A stretch of 64,000 bases of DNA from Candidatus Poribacteria bacterium. GTDB taxonomy: Bacteria > Poribacteria > WGA-4E > WGA-3G. Below the pieces are notes generated by a model. The model saw nothing but the letters and a program-made list of their open reading frames with translations. It was not told where the DNA came from and did no database searches. Made by a program: the position numbers and the translations under genes. The DNA lies in contig CAXXUA010000005.1 in NCBI GenBank assembly GCA_963663765.2, forward strand, positions 320,001-384,000, given 5' to 3'. Shown in pieces: positions 41,651 to 52,060 of this stretch (position 1 is the stretch's first letter; each line of letters begins with the position of its first letter).

Positions 41651-42027
41651 GAAAAATGAGAACATGGCGTGAATGCCTTATTGAACAGATTGCTGACCAG
41701 AAAAGCGCAATTGCCTATCTACAAGCAATCCTTGAAGACTACCAAATCTATAAGGAACCTGTTGTCCTTCAAAGATCACTCCGAACCGTCGTTGAAGCGC
41801 AAGGTGGTGTTTTTGCGTTGGCAAAGCAGGTAGATATGGACCCACAAGTCCTCTCAAAAATGATCTCCAATGAAGATGTCCCTTTGATTGACACACTCGG
41901 AATTGTTCTTGAAGCACTTGGATATCAACTCTCAATCCAACCGATAAAACTTGAAAACCGTAACATTGACACGTATATTGATACGTTCGAAGGACAAAAT
42001 ACATCAACACATGTAGTGGAAAATTAA
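41647..42027 (+). CDS. Addiction-module antidote / HTH antitoxin
   Basis: AIAYLQAILE; VEAQGGV.ALAK HTH-like region; overlaps the toxin stop. Confidence 0.85.
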   Translation: MRKMRTWRECLIEQIADQKSAIAYLQAILEDYQIYKEPVVLQRSLRTVVEAQGGVFALAKQVDMDPQVLSKMISNEDVPLIDTLGIVLEALGYQLSIQPIKLENRNIDTYIDTFEGQNTSTHVVEN

Positions 42028-42089
42028 ATCGATTAATAACTATAACATGCATTAAATTCTACTTTAAATAAGGAGTCCGAAGTCAAAAA

Positions 42090-42881
42090 ATGAGCAATGA
42101 GTTGGTAATAAAAGATTTACACATCAGCGTACAAGGAAATGAGATCATCAAAGGGTTAGATATAACCGTCAAGCAGGGAGAGGTACATGCACTCATGGGA
42201 CCAAATGGGTCAGGGAAAAGCACACTCGCTTATGGGTTGATGGGACATCCTTCTTATGAAATTGATTCTGGTGAAGTAATCTTCAATGGTATAAATGTGT
42301 TGGAATTGGAACCGAATGAACGCGCAAAATTAGGACTTTTCCTCGCGTTTCAATACCCAACAGTTATACCAGGTGTGAGTGTCGCGAATTTCCTACGGAG
42401 TGCTGTCAGTGCTGTCCGGTCCAAACAAACAAACGGTTCCGAAAACATTGAAATGATCCCAATGCGCGAATTCCGAACAGAACTCCGCGAAAAAATGGCA
42501 CAACTCGGTGTAGACGATTCGTTTGCGAGACGGTATCTCAACGATGGATTCTCTGGCGGTGAGAAAAAACGCGCTGAAATCCTGCAAATGGCGATGCTTG
42601 AACCCAAAATCGCTATCCTTGACGAAACCGACTCCGGACTTGATATTGACGCTGTCCGCATTGTTGGGGAAAGCCTCAGCAGCTTGGTCGGACCTGAACT
42701 CGGAGTGTTGATTATCACACACTATCCAAGGTTGTTAGACTACATCCGTCCACAGTATGTGCATATACTGCTTGATGGAAGAATTGTCGAATCTGGCGGA
42801 TGGGAACTTACGCAGTTGTTAGAAGCAGAAGGCTACGATCCAATTCGTGAAAAATACGACATTGTTGAGGCTGTTGAGTAA
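42090..42881 (+). CDS. sufC: Fe-S cluster assembly ATPase SufC
   Basis: GPNGSGKST; FSGGEKKR; LDETDSGLDID; IITHY. Confidence 0.97.
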   Translation: MSNELVIKDLHISVQGNEIIKGLDITVKQGEVHALMGPNGSGKSTLAYGLMGHPSYEIDSGEVIFNGINVLELEPNERAKLGLFLAFQYPTVIPGVSVANFLRSAVSAVRSKQTNGSENIEMIPMREFRTELREKMAQLGVDDSFARRYLNDGFSGGEKKRAEILQMAMLEPKIAILDETDSGLDIDAVRIVGESLSSLVGPELGVLIITHYPRLLDYIRPQYVHILLDGRIVESGGWELTQLLEAEGYDPIREKYDIVEAVE

Positions 42882-42906
42882 AAACAAGATACAATAGAGA
42901 ACCACA

Positions 42907-43311
42907 ATGAAAACTACTCTATTTCTCTCAATCCTCTTTTGTGCAATCGCGTTGCCAACTCTCGGTGACTTAACAGATACCGATCTCAATAGAATTCGAT
43001 TGATTATCAATGAGGAGATTGAGGAGGCAATTAAGCCCATAAAAGTCAATAGTATGTCTCTAAAAACAGATATGGCATGGATGCAAGGAAAATTTGAAAA
43101 CAGCGGTAAGCAATTTGAGGACGTTGACATGCAAATCCCACATGCAAAGTATGTTTTTTATGTACTAATAGTGGTCATAATAGCAGTTGTAGCAGCACAA
43201 TTAATTCCCTTTGTGCAGGAAATCAGTAAGGATCGCTTACTTGAAAAACAAGTTGAAATACTCGCGCAGGAAATGGAAGCACTGAAGCAACAACGAATAG
43301 TAAACCCGTGA
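42907..43311 (+). CDS. Hypothetical signal peptide / coiled-coil / TM protein
   Basis: Signal peptide, helical body, one TM and a C-terminal coil; inserted between sufC and sufB. Confidence 0.7.
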   Translation: MKTTLFLSILFCAIALPTLGDLTDTDLNRIRLIINEEIEEAIKPIKVNSMSLKTDMAWMQGKFENSGKQFEDVDMQIPHAKYVFYVLIVVIIAVVAAQLIPFVQEISKDRLLEKQVEILAQEMEALKQQRIVNP

Positions 43312-43349
43312 AAATCATAACTATAAGATATTCTGAAGGAGAATACAAA

Positions 43350-44768
43350 ATGGCAACCCCAGAAACGCAACAACTTGAAGATATGGGAATCAGTAAAGAT
43401 TACAAATACGGATTCCACGATGATATCAAACCAACGTTCAAATCCCGTAAAGGATTGGACGAAGAGATTATCAATCAGATTTGCGACATCAAAGAAGAAC
43501 CGGATTGGATGCGTCAGTATAGGCTTGAAGCTTATAAAATCTTTAAGCAGAAGCCGATGACAAAGTGGGGTGGTGATCTTTCACAACTCGATTTTGACGA
43601 CATCTATTATTATGTCAAAGCATCTGACCGAAGTGAACGGAGTTGGGACGATGTGCCGGAAGACATCAAGAAAACCTTTGACCGACTTGGCATCCCAGAA
43701 GCGGAACGAAAATTCCTCGCGGGTGTCGGCGCACAATACGATTCTGAGGTCGTATATCACAACCTCGTTGAAGAATTGGATAAACTTGGCGTCATTTTCG
43801 TTGATACCGATACTGCTGTCAAAGAATATCCTGACCTTGTGAAAAAATATTTCGGAACTATTATTCCATCTGCCGATAACCAATTTGCCGCACTGAACAG
43901 TGCTGCTTGGAGTGGTGGTAGTTTCATTTATGTGCCACCCGGCGTAAAGGTTGACTATCCGTTGCAGGCATATTTCCGCATCAACACCGAAAACATGGGA
44001 CAGTTTGAACGCACGCTCATCATCGCTGATGAAGGTTCTCAAGTGCATTACGTTGAAGGTTGCACAGCACCGACGTTCAGTAGCGAATCCCTACATAGTG
44101 CTGTCGTTGAAATCGTTTGCATGAAAGGTTCTCGCGTACGTTACACAACAATCCAGAACTGGGCGGGGAATGTATACAATCTCGTCACCAAACGTGCGGT
44201 GGCTTATCAAGACGCACAGATGGAGTGGGTTGATGGTAATCTTGGCAGTAAGTTGACGATGAAGTATCCGAGTGTCTATATGATGGAACCCGGCGCACGC
44301 GGTGAAATCCTTTCTATTGCGTTTGCAAGCAAAGGACAACACCAAGATGCAGGGGCAAAAGTCTACCATTGCGCACCACACACTACCTCACAGATTACGT
44401 CAAAATCCATCAGTAAAGATGGCGGACGTTCCAGTTATCGGGGTTGGGTTGATGTTGCAAAAGGCGCAAAGGGATGCAAATCTCACGTCGTTTGTGATGC
44501 ACTTCTGCTTGATAAGGACTCACGTTCTGATACCTATCCGGTCATTGAAATCAATGAGAACGATACCAACATTGAACACGAAGCACGCGTTAGCAAAATC
44601 GGTGAAGAGCAGCTTTTCTACCTGATGAGTCGCGGACTCTCGGAAGAAGAGGCATCCACCATGATTGTCAACGGGTTCATTGAACCACTTGTCAAGGAAC
44701 TCCCAATGGAATATGCAGTTGAGATGAACAGACTCATCCAACTCCAGATGGAAGGTTCAATCGGATAA
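43350..44768 (+). CDS. sufB: Fe-S cluster assembly protein SufB
   Basis: YKYGF; GQFERTL; YVEGC; HEARVSKI; start MATPE after AAGGAG. Confidence 0.97.
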   Translation: MATPETQQLEDMGISKDYKYGFHDDIKPTFKSRKGLDEEIINQICDIKEEPDWMRQYRLEAYKIFKQKPMTKWGGDLSQLDFDDIYYYVKASDRSERSWDDVPEDIKKTFDRLGIPEAERKFLAGVGAQYDSEVVYHNLVEELDKLGVIFVDTDTAVKEYPDLVKKYFGTIIPSADNQFAALNSAAWSGGSFIYVPPGVKVDYPLQAYFRINTENMGQFERTLIIADEGSQVHYVEGCTAPTFSSESLHSAVVEIVCMKGSRVRYTTIQNWAGNVYNLVTKRAVAYQDAQMEWVDGNLGSKLTMKYPSVYMMEPGARGEILSIAFASKGQHQDAGAKVYHCAPHTTSQITSKSISKDGGRSSYRGWVDVAKGAKGCKSHVVCDALLLDKDSRSDTYPVIEINENDTNIEHEARVSKIGEEQLFYLMSRGLSEEEASTMIVNGFIEPLVKELPMEYAVEMNRLIQLQMEGSIG

Positions 44769-44826
44769 TACATAGCATTGTAAGGCAAGGTCTTTGTGCC
44801 TCAGCCTTACTTACTGAGGAAAGAAA

Positions 44827-46176
44827 TTGCAAACAGGTGATTTTTCAAAAGATTTTGTTGAAAAAATAGCACGGGATGAGCCGAAGTGGATGCAGGACAA
44901 ACGGATGGAAGCATACTCGCTTTACGAATCGTTACCGATGCCACATACCACTGAAGATGATGTGTGGCGGCGCACCGTTGATATGCGGACACAGGACTAT
45001 TGGCGTAGAACTCGCCGACATCTCCGCGGTTTCACCGTTGAGAATTATCGTCCTGCAGCCGAGACAAACGGAAGTGCTTCAACTGAAGTAGAAGATGGAT
45101 CGGGGGTAATTGTCCAAGTTGATGGGAATCCGCAACACACTTATTTGTCTCCTGAATTAGAAAAAAAGGATGTCTACTTCGCTGATTTGCACACAGCACT
45201 AAAGGAACGCGGCGATCTTATCCGTGACTACTTTATGACAAAAGCTGTCACATTAGAAACGACGTTAAAAAGTGGAAATATCGCAAGTCGTAACAAGTTT
45301 GACGCACTTCACGGTGCATTTTGTCAAGGAGGCTATGTCCTACACATTCCAAAAGGTGTAAGGATAGAAGACCCTTTACGAGTTTTTATCCAACTCTCAG
45401 AAGATCAACAAGCAGATTTGTCGCATATCCTCCTCATTGCTGAAGAGGATAGTCAGGTTGTTATCATAGAAGACAATGCCTCTGAAAATCCAGATTCAGG
45501 TGGTTTTCACTGTGGGGCAGTTGAAATCTTCGCTGGACAGAATGCCAATGTCACTTATGTACAGGTGCAACACTGGAATCGTCAGGTGTGGAATTTCGCT
45601 TCACAGCGCGCTGTTATTGGAAAAGATGCACAACTCTGTTGGGTCACTGCAACCTTCGGGGCAAGATTAAGCAAACTAAACCAAGCAATTGTGTTAGAAG
45701 GAAATGGTGCACATGCTCAATTGTTAGGCTTAGCTTTCACCGATGCACGCCAACACTTAGACGTAAGTACCGCACAAGAACATTTTTCACCCCATACCAC
45801 AAGCGATCTACTTTATAGAAATGTCTTGAAGGATAGATCGCAAACAGCATGGGGTGGTAATATCTATGTGTACCCTGATGCAAACTATACTGATGCGTAT
45901 CAAAAAAATGACAATCTGTTGCTCAGTGAACGCGCACATGCTGATACCTTACCCGGATTAGAAATTGAAGCGCATGAAGTCCGATGCACCCACGGTGCTA
46001 CTGCAGGACAGATTGATGCAGATCAAGTCTTCTACTTGATGAGCCGAGGATTACCCTACGACTTAGCAGAAAAACTGATTGTTGATGGATTTTTTGAACC
46101 TGTCATGCAACGCATTCCAATGGAATCTGTCCGACAAAAAATGCAAGAATTTGTCTCAAGTAAATTAGAAACATAG
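44827..46176 (+). CDS. sufD: Fe-S cluster assembly protein SufD
   Basis: PGLEIEAHEVRCTHGAT; FYLMSRG; TTG start. Confidence 0.94.
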   Translation: MQTGDFSKDFVEKIARDEPKWMQDKRMEAYSLYESLPMPHTTEDDVWRRTVDMRTQDYWRRTRRHLRGFTVENYRPAAETNGSASTEVEDGSGVIVQVDGNPQHTYLSPELEKKDVYFADLHTALKERGDLIRDYFMTKAVTLETTLKSGNIASRNKFDALHGAFCQGGYVLHIPKGVRIEDPLRVFIQLSEDQQADLSHILLIAEEDSQVVIIEDNASENPDSGGFHCGAVEIFAGQNANVTYVQVQHWNRQVWNFASQRAVIGKDAQLCWVTATFGARLSKLNQAIVLEGNGAHAQLLGLAFTDARQHLDVSTAQEHFSPHTTSDLLYRNVLKDRSQTAWGGNIYVYPDANYTDAYQKNDNLLLSERAHADTLPGLEIEAHEVRCTHGATAGQIDADQVFYLMSRGLPYDLAEKLIVDGFFEPVMQRIPMESVRQKMQEFVSSKLET

Positions 46177-46196
46177 TCTATTTTATCCTATTAATT

Positions 46197-46219
46197 GTGG
46201 GAGGGGTTTGAAACCCCGA
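46197..46219 (+). repeat. REP-like palindrome
   Basis: GTGG-GAGGGGTTTGAAACCCCGA. Confidence 0.5.
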
Positions 46220-46277
46220 ACTAATATACGAAGTGCGTCTCAAGACGTTACCATCTTAACAGAAAGGAGTCCCTACA

Positions 46278-46619
46278 ATGAGTCAACCCAAAATTATCGC
46301 TTACATGAAACCTGTTTGTGGTTGGAGCAACGGTGTCCGAGCCATTTTTGACAAATACAATTTGGAATATGAAGACAGAGACATCATCAATAACGAAGAC
46401 AACTATCGTGAAATGGTCATAAAGACGCGACAACAATTCCAACCATCCGTCCAAATTGACGATGTGATGCTTGCCGATGTCAGCGGCGATGAAGTGGAAG
46501 CATATCTACTTGAGGAAGGCATTGTGAAAGAAAACGATGCCGATACCGATGTCCCAACCGATCAAGCATGTGAAGACCACGGACCGTCTCCTGTCAATAT
46601 CGGCTTCCCAAGCAGATAG
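46278..46619 (+). CDS. Monothiol glutaredoxin-like protein
   Basis: YMKPVCGWS (CGFS-like); QP..D; located in the suf cluster. Confidence 0.8.
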   Translation: MSQPKIIAYMKPVCGWSNGVRAIFDKYNLEYEDRDIINNEDNYREMVIKTRQQFQPSVQIDDVMLADVSGDEVEAYLLEEGIVKENDADTDVPTDQACEDHGPSPVNIGFPSR

Positions 46620-46639
46620 ACTTTATTAAAACATGGTAT

Positions 46640-46662
46640 GCGCGCTTTTCAAAGCGCGCTAC
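46640..46662 (-). repeat. GTAG-type REP palindrome
   Basis: Minus strand GTAGCGCGCTTTGAAAAGCGCGC. Confidence 0.6.
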
Positions 46663-46721
46663 TTCCATTTGCATATCCAAGGAGGGCATTAGCATAGAAT
46701 AGGAGGTATATAGTCTTTAGA

Positions 46722-47771
46722 ATGACACTTAAAGAAAATATTGATGATATACGTAATCAATTAAAACAAGGCGCGTTTTCACATGAGGCGACAGTCTCTG
46801 ATGGTATTGTGCGTAGGTTGCTTCACGCGTTGAAATGGCCTATATTCACACCTAAGGTCTTCATTCCAGAATACGGAGTCGGCGGACAAAGAGTAGACTT
46901 TGCGTTGTGTCACCCACCAGAAAAGCCGCGAGTTTTCATTGAGGTTAAACAAGTCGGGAATCTTGATGGAACAGAGGCACAGTTATTTGGATACGCTTTT
47001 CGCGAGGGAGTACCAATTGCAATTCTCACTGATGGTCAGAAATGGCGATTTTTTCACCCAACCGGGGAAGGAAAATTTAGTGAGCGTAAGGTATACGAAT
47101 TAGATCTGCTTCAAAGTGACAGTGAGGAAAGTATAGAACGTCTTAACAGATACCTGAACTATGAGGCAGTCCAAAAAGGTGACGCTGTTACGGCAATTAA
47201 AAATGATTATCAAAAAGTCTCCAAACAGCGTGAAATTGAGGCACGCTTACCAGAGGCATGGAGCAAATTATTGCAGGACGAAGATGGATTTACTGAATTC
47301 TTAATAGAAGCGATGGCAGGTAAAACCGAAAGTCTGTGTGGAGCCAGACCCACACAGGAACAGATATTGATGTTTCTGAAAAGCTTAAAAAGGGAAACAG
47401 GATCGGACAGGATAGTTGATCCCTCTAATACAATTCAAGACCCTCAATATAGTGAATCACACCAAACATCCTCTTACTCCAAGAAACCCCGACAGATATT
47501 GAATGTTACTATGCCAGATGGCACAGTAATTAAACATCGTACTGCTATAGACACTTTTATTGAGGTACTTGAAACGATTGGATTAGAGAAAATTGCTCAG
47601 GTTTATCCCCGAATAGTATCAACATCTCCATTCCAACACGGAAGGCATACACAGAAAGGTGCTTTTTATATCGATCATAATCATGGAGGACTTGAGAAAA
47701 AAAGACATATTAAAGAAATTGCTGGACTACTAAATTTAACACTCACCGTTGAACTAGTTGATAAAGTGTGA
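46722..47771 (+). CDS. HsdR-N-like PD-(D/E)xK restriction endonuclease-type protein
   Basis: PEY..RVDFAL..FIEVK..QLFGYA..AILTDG.KWRF. Confidence 0.75.
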   Translation: MTLKENIDDIRNQLKQGAFSHEATVSDGIVRRLLHALKWPIFTPKVFIPEYGVGGQRVDFALCHPPEKPRVFIEVKQVGNLDGTEAQLFGYAFREGVPIAILTDGQKWRFFHPTGEGKFSERKVYELDLLQSDSEESIERLNRYLNYEAVQKGDAVTAIKNDYQKVSKQREIEARLPEAWSKLLQDEDGFTEFLIEAMAGKTESLCGARPTQEQILMFLKSLKRETGSDRIVDPSNTIQDPQYSESHQTSSYSKKPRQILNVTMPDGTVIKHRTAIDTFIEVLETIGLEKIAQVYPRIVSTSPFQHGRHTQKGAFYIDHNHGGLEKKRHIKEIAGLLNLTLTVELVDKV

Positions 47772-47803
47772 ACTATAATCGCCACCAGCAAATGTAGAAA
47801 ATC

Positions 47804-48601
47804 ATGGATACCACAACAGACTTTGAAATTAAACAGAGAAAATATATACCAGTCTTTCCAAAAGCAACTGGCAAAACGACTGTCTATATTGAAGGATATC
47901 CGTGTGAAGACGACGAACCTATGGCCGCAACTGGATTTCACGGTGTGCAGATTAATACCTTTTATGACCAACTTTCACGATATTTCGCAATCAACGAACG
48001 AATATACATTGGTGTTGACAGTTTTATCTATTACAGCGAAGGGTACATCACAAAGTCCGTTGCTCCTGAAATCTACGTTGTCTTCGGTGTGAATAAAGTC
48101 CCTGAACGTCGCAGCTTTTATACGTGGGCAGAGGGTGCAGTACCTGCCGTAGTATTTGAGTTTCTCTCTGATTCAACAGCACATCAGGACCGGAATGAAA
48201 AAGTTGCGTTGTATCTAAATGATATCGGAGTTCAAGAATACTTTATCCATCAACCTGAATTGGAAAAACCCGCAGAGTTTCGTGGGTGGAAACGGAGTCC
48301 TTCGGGTAACATCGTTGAAATAGTTCCTGATGCTGAGGGAGGTCTGATCTGTGAAGCGTTAAATCTCTGGTTTCGGTGGAAGGTAGATCAGACGACACAC
48401 GTGAGGCTTTTACGTCCATATTTACCTGATGGCACTCCAATCACAACATCTATGGAAGAACAGCATCTTAAAGAGACTGCACAAGAATTAGCGAAAGAAG
48501 AAGCATTCCTCAGAGAGGTCGAAACACAAAGAAGGCAAGAATTAGAAGCAGAAATTGAGCAACTCCGAGCACAACTTGCAAACCGTCAAGACGATAATTG
48601 A
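47804..48601 (+). CDS. Uma2-family endonuclease
   Basis: VAP.IYVVFGV; PAVVFEFLSDST..D..EK..LY..GVQEYF; C-terminal coiled coil. Confidence 0.88.
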   Translation: MDTTTDFEIKQRKYIPVFPKATGKTTVYIEGYPCEDDEPMAATGFHGVQINTFYDQLSRYFAINERIYIGVDSFIYYSEGYITKSVAPEIYVVFGVNKVPERRSFYTWAEGAVPAVVFEFLSDSTAHQDRNEKVALYLNDIGVQEYFIHQPELEKPAEFRGWKRSPSGNIVEIVPDAEGGLICEALNLWFRWKVDQTTHVRLLRPYLPDGTPITTSMEEQHLKETAQELAKEEAFLREVETQRRQELEAEIEQLRAQLANRQDDN

Positions 48602-48617
48602 ATCTGTTGGATTTAAT

Positions 48618-49874
48618 ATGACACAAAAAAAAATGCACACATCCGACTTCCGTCCACTTGATGTCCAAGCGATTCGCGCAGATTTCCCAATCTTTGCGGA
48701 CACGCCACCGTTAGCATTTCTTGATAGTGCTGCGTCAACACAAACACCGCGTCCTGTCGTTGATGCAATGGATGCATATTATGATACCTATCGCTCCAAT
48801 ATCCACCGCGGCATCTATCGGATTTCAGAAGAAGCGACAGACCAATACGAAAAAGCACGGCAGAATGTCGCACGGTTAATCAACGCACCACGTACCAGCG
48901 AGGTTATCTTCACACGGAATACCACGGAGTCAATCAACCTTGTCGCATACAGTTGGGGAAGTGTCAATATCCAACAAGGCGATGAAATCGTTCTCACAGA
49001 CCTTGAACACCATAGCAACCTTGTTCCGTGGCAAATGCTTGCGCAACGTACTGGAGCAACTCTCCGTTATTTGGAAATAACAGAACAAGGTTTACTTGAT
49101 TTTATGCAATTGCACGATGTGCTTTCTGAAAAAACCAAGTTAGTCGCAATAACGCACGTCTCAAACGTTCTCGGCACAATTAACCCAATCCAGTCTGTTA
49201 TTGACGCTGCACACGCTGCGGGCGCAAAGGTTTTGGTAGACGCAGCGCAGTCAGTTCCGCACTTTCATGTTGACGTGCAGCAGTTAGATTGTGACTTTCT
49301 TGCATTTTCTGGACATAAGATGTGCGGTCCAACGGGTGTCGGTGTGCTATACGGTAAGATGGATCTGCTTGAGGAGATGCCACCTTTTCTCGGTGGTGGG
49401 TCAATGATTCGTTCTGTTGAACGCGACATGTCAACCTACGCAGACCTACCCGCCAAGTTTGAAGCAGGCACACCCAGCATCGCTGAAGCCATCGGACTCG
49501 GTGCTGCCGTAAATTACATAACAAAAGCAGGATTAGCATCAATCCATGTTCATGAACAGGAACTAACCAAATATGCACATGATCGTTTACAAAAAATTGA
49601 AGGTATAACAATTTATGGACCAGCACCACATCAAAAAGCGGGTGTTATCTCCTTTAATATGGAGGGCATCCATCCGCACGACGTTGCTGGTATTTTGGAT
49701 ACAGTAAATATTGCTATTCGCGCAGGACATCACTGCGCACAACCATTGATGAAAAAGTTAGATGTTATCGCAACTGCCCGTGCCAGTTTTTATCTATACA
49801 ATACGCTTGAAGACGTAGATCGTTTATACGAAGGACTACAAAAGGCACAGGCACTTATGATACGGAGAAAATAA
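48618..49874 (+). CDS. sufS: Cysteine desulfurase SufS
   Basis: FLDSAASTQ; FSGHKMCGPTG (PLP Lys); RAGHHCA. Confidence 0.97.
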   Translation: MTQKKMHTSDFRPLDVQAIRADFPIFADTPPLAFLDSAASTQTPRPVVDAMDAYYDTYRSNIHRGIYRISEEATDQYEKARQNVARLINAPRTSEVIFTRNTTESINLVAYSWGSVNIQQGDEIVLTDLEHHSNLVPWQMLAQRTGATLRYLEITEQGLLDFMQLHDVLSEKTKLVAITHVSNVLGTINPIQSVIDAAHAAGAKVLVDAAQSVPHFHVDVQQLDCDFLAFSGHKMCGPTGVGVLYGKMDLLEEMPPFLGGGSMIRSVERDMSTYADLPAKFEAGTPSIAEAIGLGAAVNYITKAGLASIHVHEQELTKYAHDRLQKIEGITIYGPAPHQKAGVISFNMEGIHPHDVAGILDTVNIAIRAGHHCAQPLMKKLDVIATARASFYLYNTLEDVDRLYEGLQKAQALMIRRK

Positions 49875-50263
49875 TGAACATATATCAGGAAGAACTACTT
49901 GACCACTATGAGAATCCCAGCAACTACGGAACACTTCCGAACCCCGATATTACACATGAAGAGGACAATCCATTATGTGGAGACACAATTCGAATGGATC
50001 TGGTTGTTGAGGATGATACTATCAAAGAGGTGCGTTTTTCTGGACAAGGTTGTACCATCAGTCAAGCGGCTGCCTCTATGCTCACTGAAAAAATTCAAGG
50101 TAAATCTCTTGAAGAAGTCAAACAACTTTCAAGAGATGATATTATGGATATGATCGGAATTCCGTTGGGACCTGTCCGTGTGAAATGCGCTTTATTAGCA
50201 CTCAAAGTTCTCAAAGCGGGTGCTTACGGTATCAAAGGCTGGCCCGGTGAGGAAAACACATAA
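49874..50263 (+). CDS. sufU: SufU/IscU-type Fe-S scaffold / sulfur-transfer protein
   Basis: LDHYENP; NPLCGD; GCTISQAAAS; RVKCALL. Confidence 0.93.
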   Translation: MNIYQEELLDHYENPSNYGTLPNPDITHEEDNPLCGDTIRMDLVVEDDTIKEVRFSGQGCTISQAAASMLTEKIQGKSLEEVKQLSRDDIMDMIGIPLGPVRVKCALLALKVLKAGAYGIKGWPGEENT

Positions 50264-50277
50264 GGGGACTCTACACT

Positions 50278-50514
50278 ATGAATGAAAATGTAACTGCAAC
50301 ACGAGAAACTAAAGTTACAATGAATGTCCAACAATTAGAAAACCTTATACGAAAGGTAATACGCGAAGAACTTGTGGAATTTGCGACACAAGAATTCGGT
50401 ATTTTTAATCTTGATAAAGAATCCCCGCTTTATGAAGATATGGAAGATATTCTTGAACGTAAAAAAAACGGAAAGTTGAAGTTTTATACTCACGAAGAAA
50501 TTTGGAATGAATGA
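50278..50514 (+). CDS. Small acidic antitoxin-like protein
   Basis: Ends YTHEEIW; overlaps the downstream RelE-like gene. Confidence 0.7.
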   Translation: MNENVTATRETKVTMNVQQLENLIRKVIREELVEFATQEFGIFNLDKESPLYEDMEDILERKKNGKLKFYTHEEIWNE

Positions 50515-50836
50515 TTATCAAGCGTATTACAAAGATAGATTCGTTCGCAACCTTGCTCGTTACTCAAGCTTACAGAATCGCATCCAGCAAAAGGTTGAAC
50601 AAATACTTATCAATCCTTATGATCGCACAGAAAAGCTCGGACGTGTATCTGGTGGCTTAGATCTAAGAGGATGTCGTAGTTCTCGGATAGACAGAAATTT
50701 CCGTATAATATTCGTTATTTGTGAAGAGTGTTGACCTATTGAAGAATGTCTATATTGTTTTTGTGAGAGAAGAGAAGATAAAGCAGTAGTATTCTTGACC
50801 GCGGGTCCGCATACTCGAGCTTATGCGATGAACTAA
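50507..50836 (+). pseudogene. RelE/YafQ-like toxin with Cys-rich insert and one in-frame TGA
   Basis: ..LRGCRSSRIDRNFRIIFVICEEC*PIEECLYCFCE..VVFLTAGPHTRAYAMN; TGA at 50732-50734; the frame continues to a toxin-like GPH C-terminus. Confidence 0.78.
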
Positions 50837-50892
50837 ACATATTCACACAACACACGTGGGATTAAATATAAGATGAATAGGAAAGGAACCTA

Positions 50893-51204
50893 ATGGCAGA
50901 ATTCTATAAAGCAGCGAAAGTTGGTGAAGTGCCGCCCGGCGCAAAAAAATTGGTTGAAGTAGATTTCGTACCTGTGCTAATCTTTAACGTAGAAGGCAAG
51001 TTTTACGCGATGGAGGATGTCTGCACACATGATAGCGGTCCTCTTGGCGAAGGCTTTTTGGAAGGTGATGAGATAGAATGTCCACGACACGGCGCAAGAT
51101 TTTGTGTCAAAACCGGAAAAGCCCTCTGTATGCCTGCCGTTGAAGACATTGAATGTTTTCCTGTAAAAATTGAGGACAACGAAATCTTGGTTAGTATTGA
51201 CTAA
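50893..51204 (+). CDS. Rieske [2Fe-2S] ferredoxin
   Basis: CTH..CPRHG. Confidence 0.93.
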   Translation: MAEFYKAAKVGEVPPGAKKLVEVDFVPVLIFNVEGKFYAMEDVCTHDSGPLGEGFLEGDEIECPRHGARFCVKTGKALCMPAVEDIECFPVKIEDNEILVSID

Positions 51205-51255
51205 CATACACATATACATCAAAGGTCACTATATCCGTTATAGGAGGAAATACAA

Positions 51256-51555
51256 ATGGTAACAGAAGAATCTGTTTTGGAATCTATCAAACAAATTATC
51301 GACCCAGAGATTGGCATTAACATCGTTGACATGGGACTAATCTACGAAGTCGACATCAACGACACAACCGTTGACATTAAGATGACACTAACCAGTCCCG
51401 GATGCCCCGCTGGTGGACAGATTATTAACGGGACGCAGCTCGTCACACAAAAGATGGACGGTGTTGAAGAGGTAAACGTTAGTGTTGTCTGGACACCGCG
51501 CTGGACACCCGAATTGATGAGTGAAGAAGCAAAGGACGAACTCGGTATCTTTTAA
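51256..51555 (+). CDS. DUF59/SufT-like metal-sulfur cluster assembly factor
   Basis: DPEIGINIVDMGLIY; MTLTSPGCP; W.P.WTPE.MS. Confidence 0.92.
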   Translation: MVTEESVLESIKQIIDPEIGINIVDMGLIYEVDINDTTVDIKMTLTSPGCPAGGQIINGTQLVTQKMDGVEEVNVSVVWTPRWTPELMSEEAKDELGIF

Positions 51556-51573
51556 CAAATTTATGAGGTCCTA

Positions 51574-51819
51574 ATGGAATACAAAATACCTCTTGTTCTG
51601 ACACCACAAACTGAAGGCGGTTATACAGTAACTTCTCCACTATTACCAGAGTTAGTTACCGAGGGGGATTCGGTAGACGAGTCGTTGGAAAACGTTAAAG
51701 ATGCCTTTAAAGCAGTCATGGAACTCTATCAGGAATTAGGACGTTCATTGCCAGAGAATATCCAGATTTCTGATAAGAAGAGCCTCGTGTGGTTGGAAAC
51801 TGTGGTATCTGCATCGTGA
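51574..51819 (+). CDS. hicB: HicB-family antitoxin
   Basis: EGGYTVTSPLLP..TEGDS.DE..ENVKDA. Confidence 0.88.
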   Translation: MEYKIPLVLTPQTEGGYTVTSPLLPELVTEGDSVDESLENVKDAFKAVMELYQELGRSLPENIQISDKKSLVWLETVVSAS

Positions 51820-52028
51820 AATATAGAGAAGTGTCGCGAAAATTAACAGCCCTCGGTTGTCATGAACGAAAGAGAAGAGGCAGCGGATCACATCGAAAAT
51901 GGTTTAATCCCAATACCCAACAAGGTACTGTTGTGCCAGATTGGGGTAGTCGCGATCTTAAATTAGGCACGATTCGTGCTGCTGTCCGACAATTGGGAAT
52001 TGATTGGCAAGATTTTCACGGCACTTAA
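51816..52028 (+). CDS. hicA: HicA-family toxin (intact)
   Basis: GTG start overlapping the hicB stop; GSGSH motif; DLKLGTIRA. Confidence 0.88.
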   Translation: MKYREVSRKLTALGCHERKRRGSGSHRKWFNPNTQQGTVVPDWGSRDLKLGTIRAAVRQLGIDWQDFHGT

Positions 52029-52060
52029 AGTCGCTGAATCAGTTGTTAGACAATGAAATA

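Noticed and set aside
43350-44768. Intein in SufB
   Set aside because: The protein has normal length (472 aa) with no insertion or splicing motifs.
50720-50780. Selenocysteine at CEEC-TGA
   Set aside because: No convincing SECIS-like hairpin follows the TGA, and the family is not a redox enzyme; a nonsense change is simpler.
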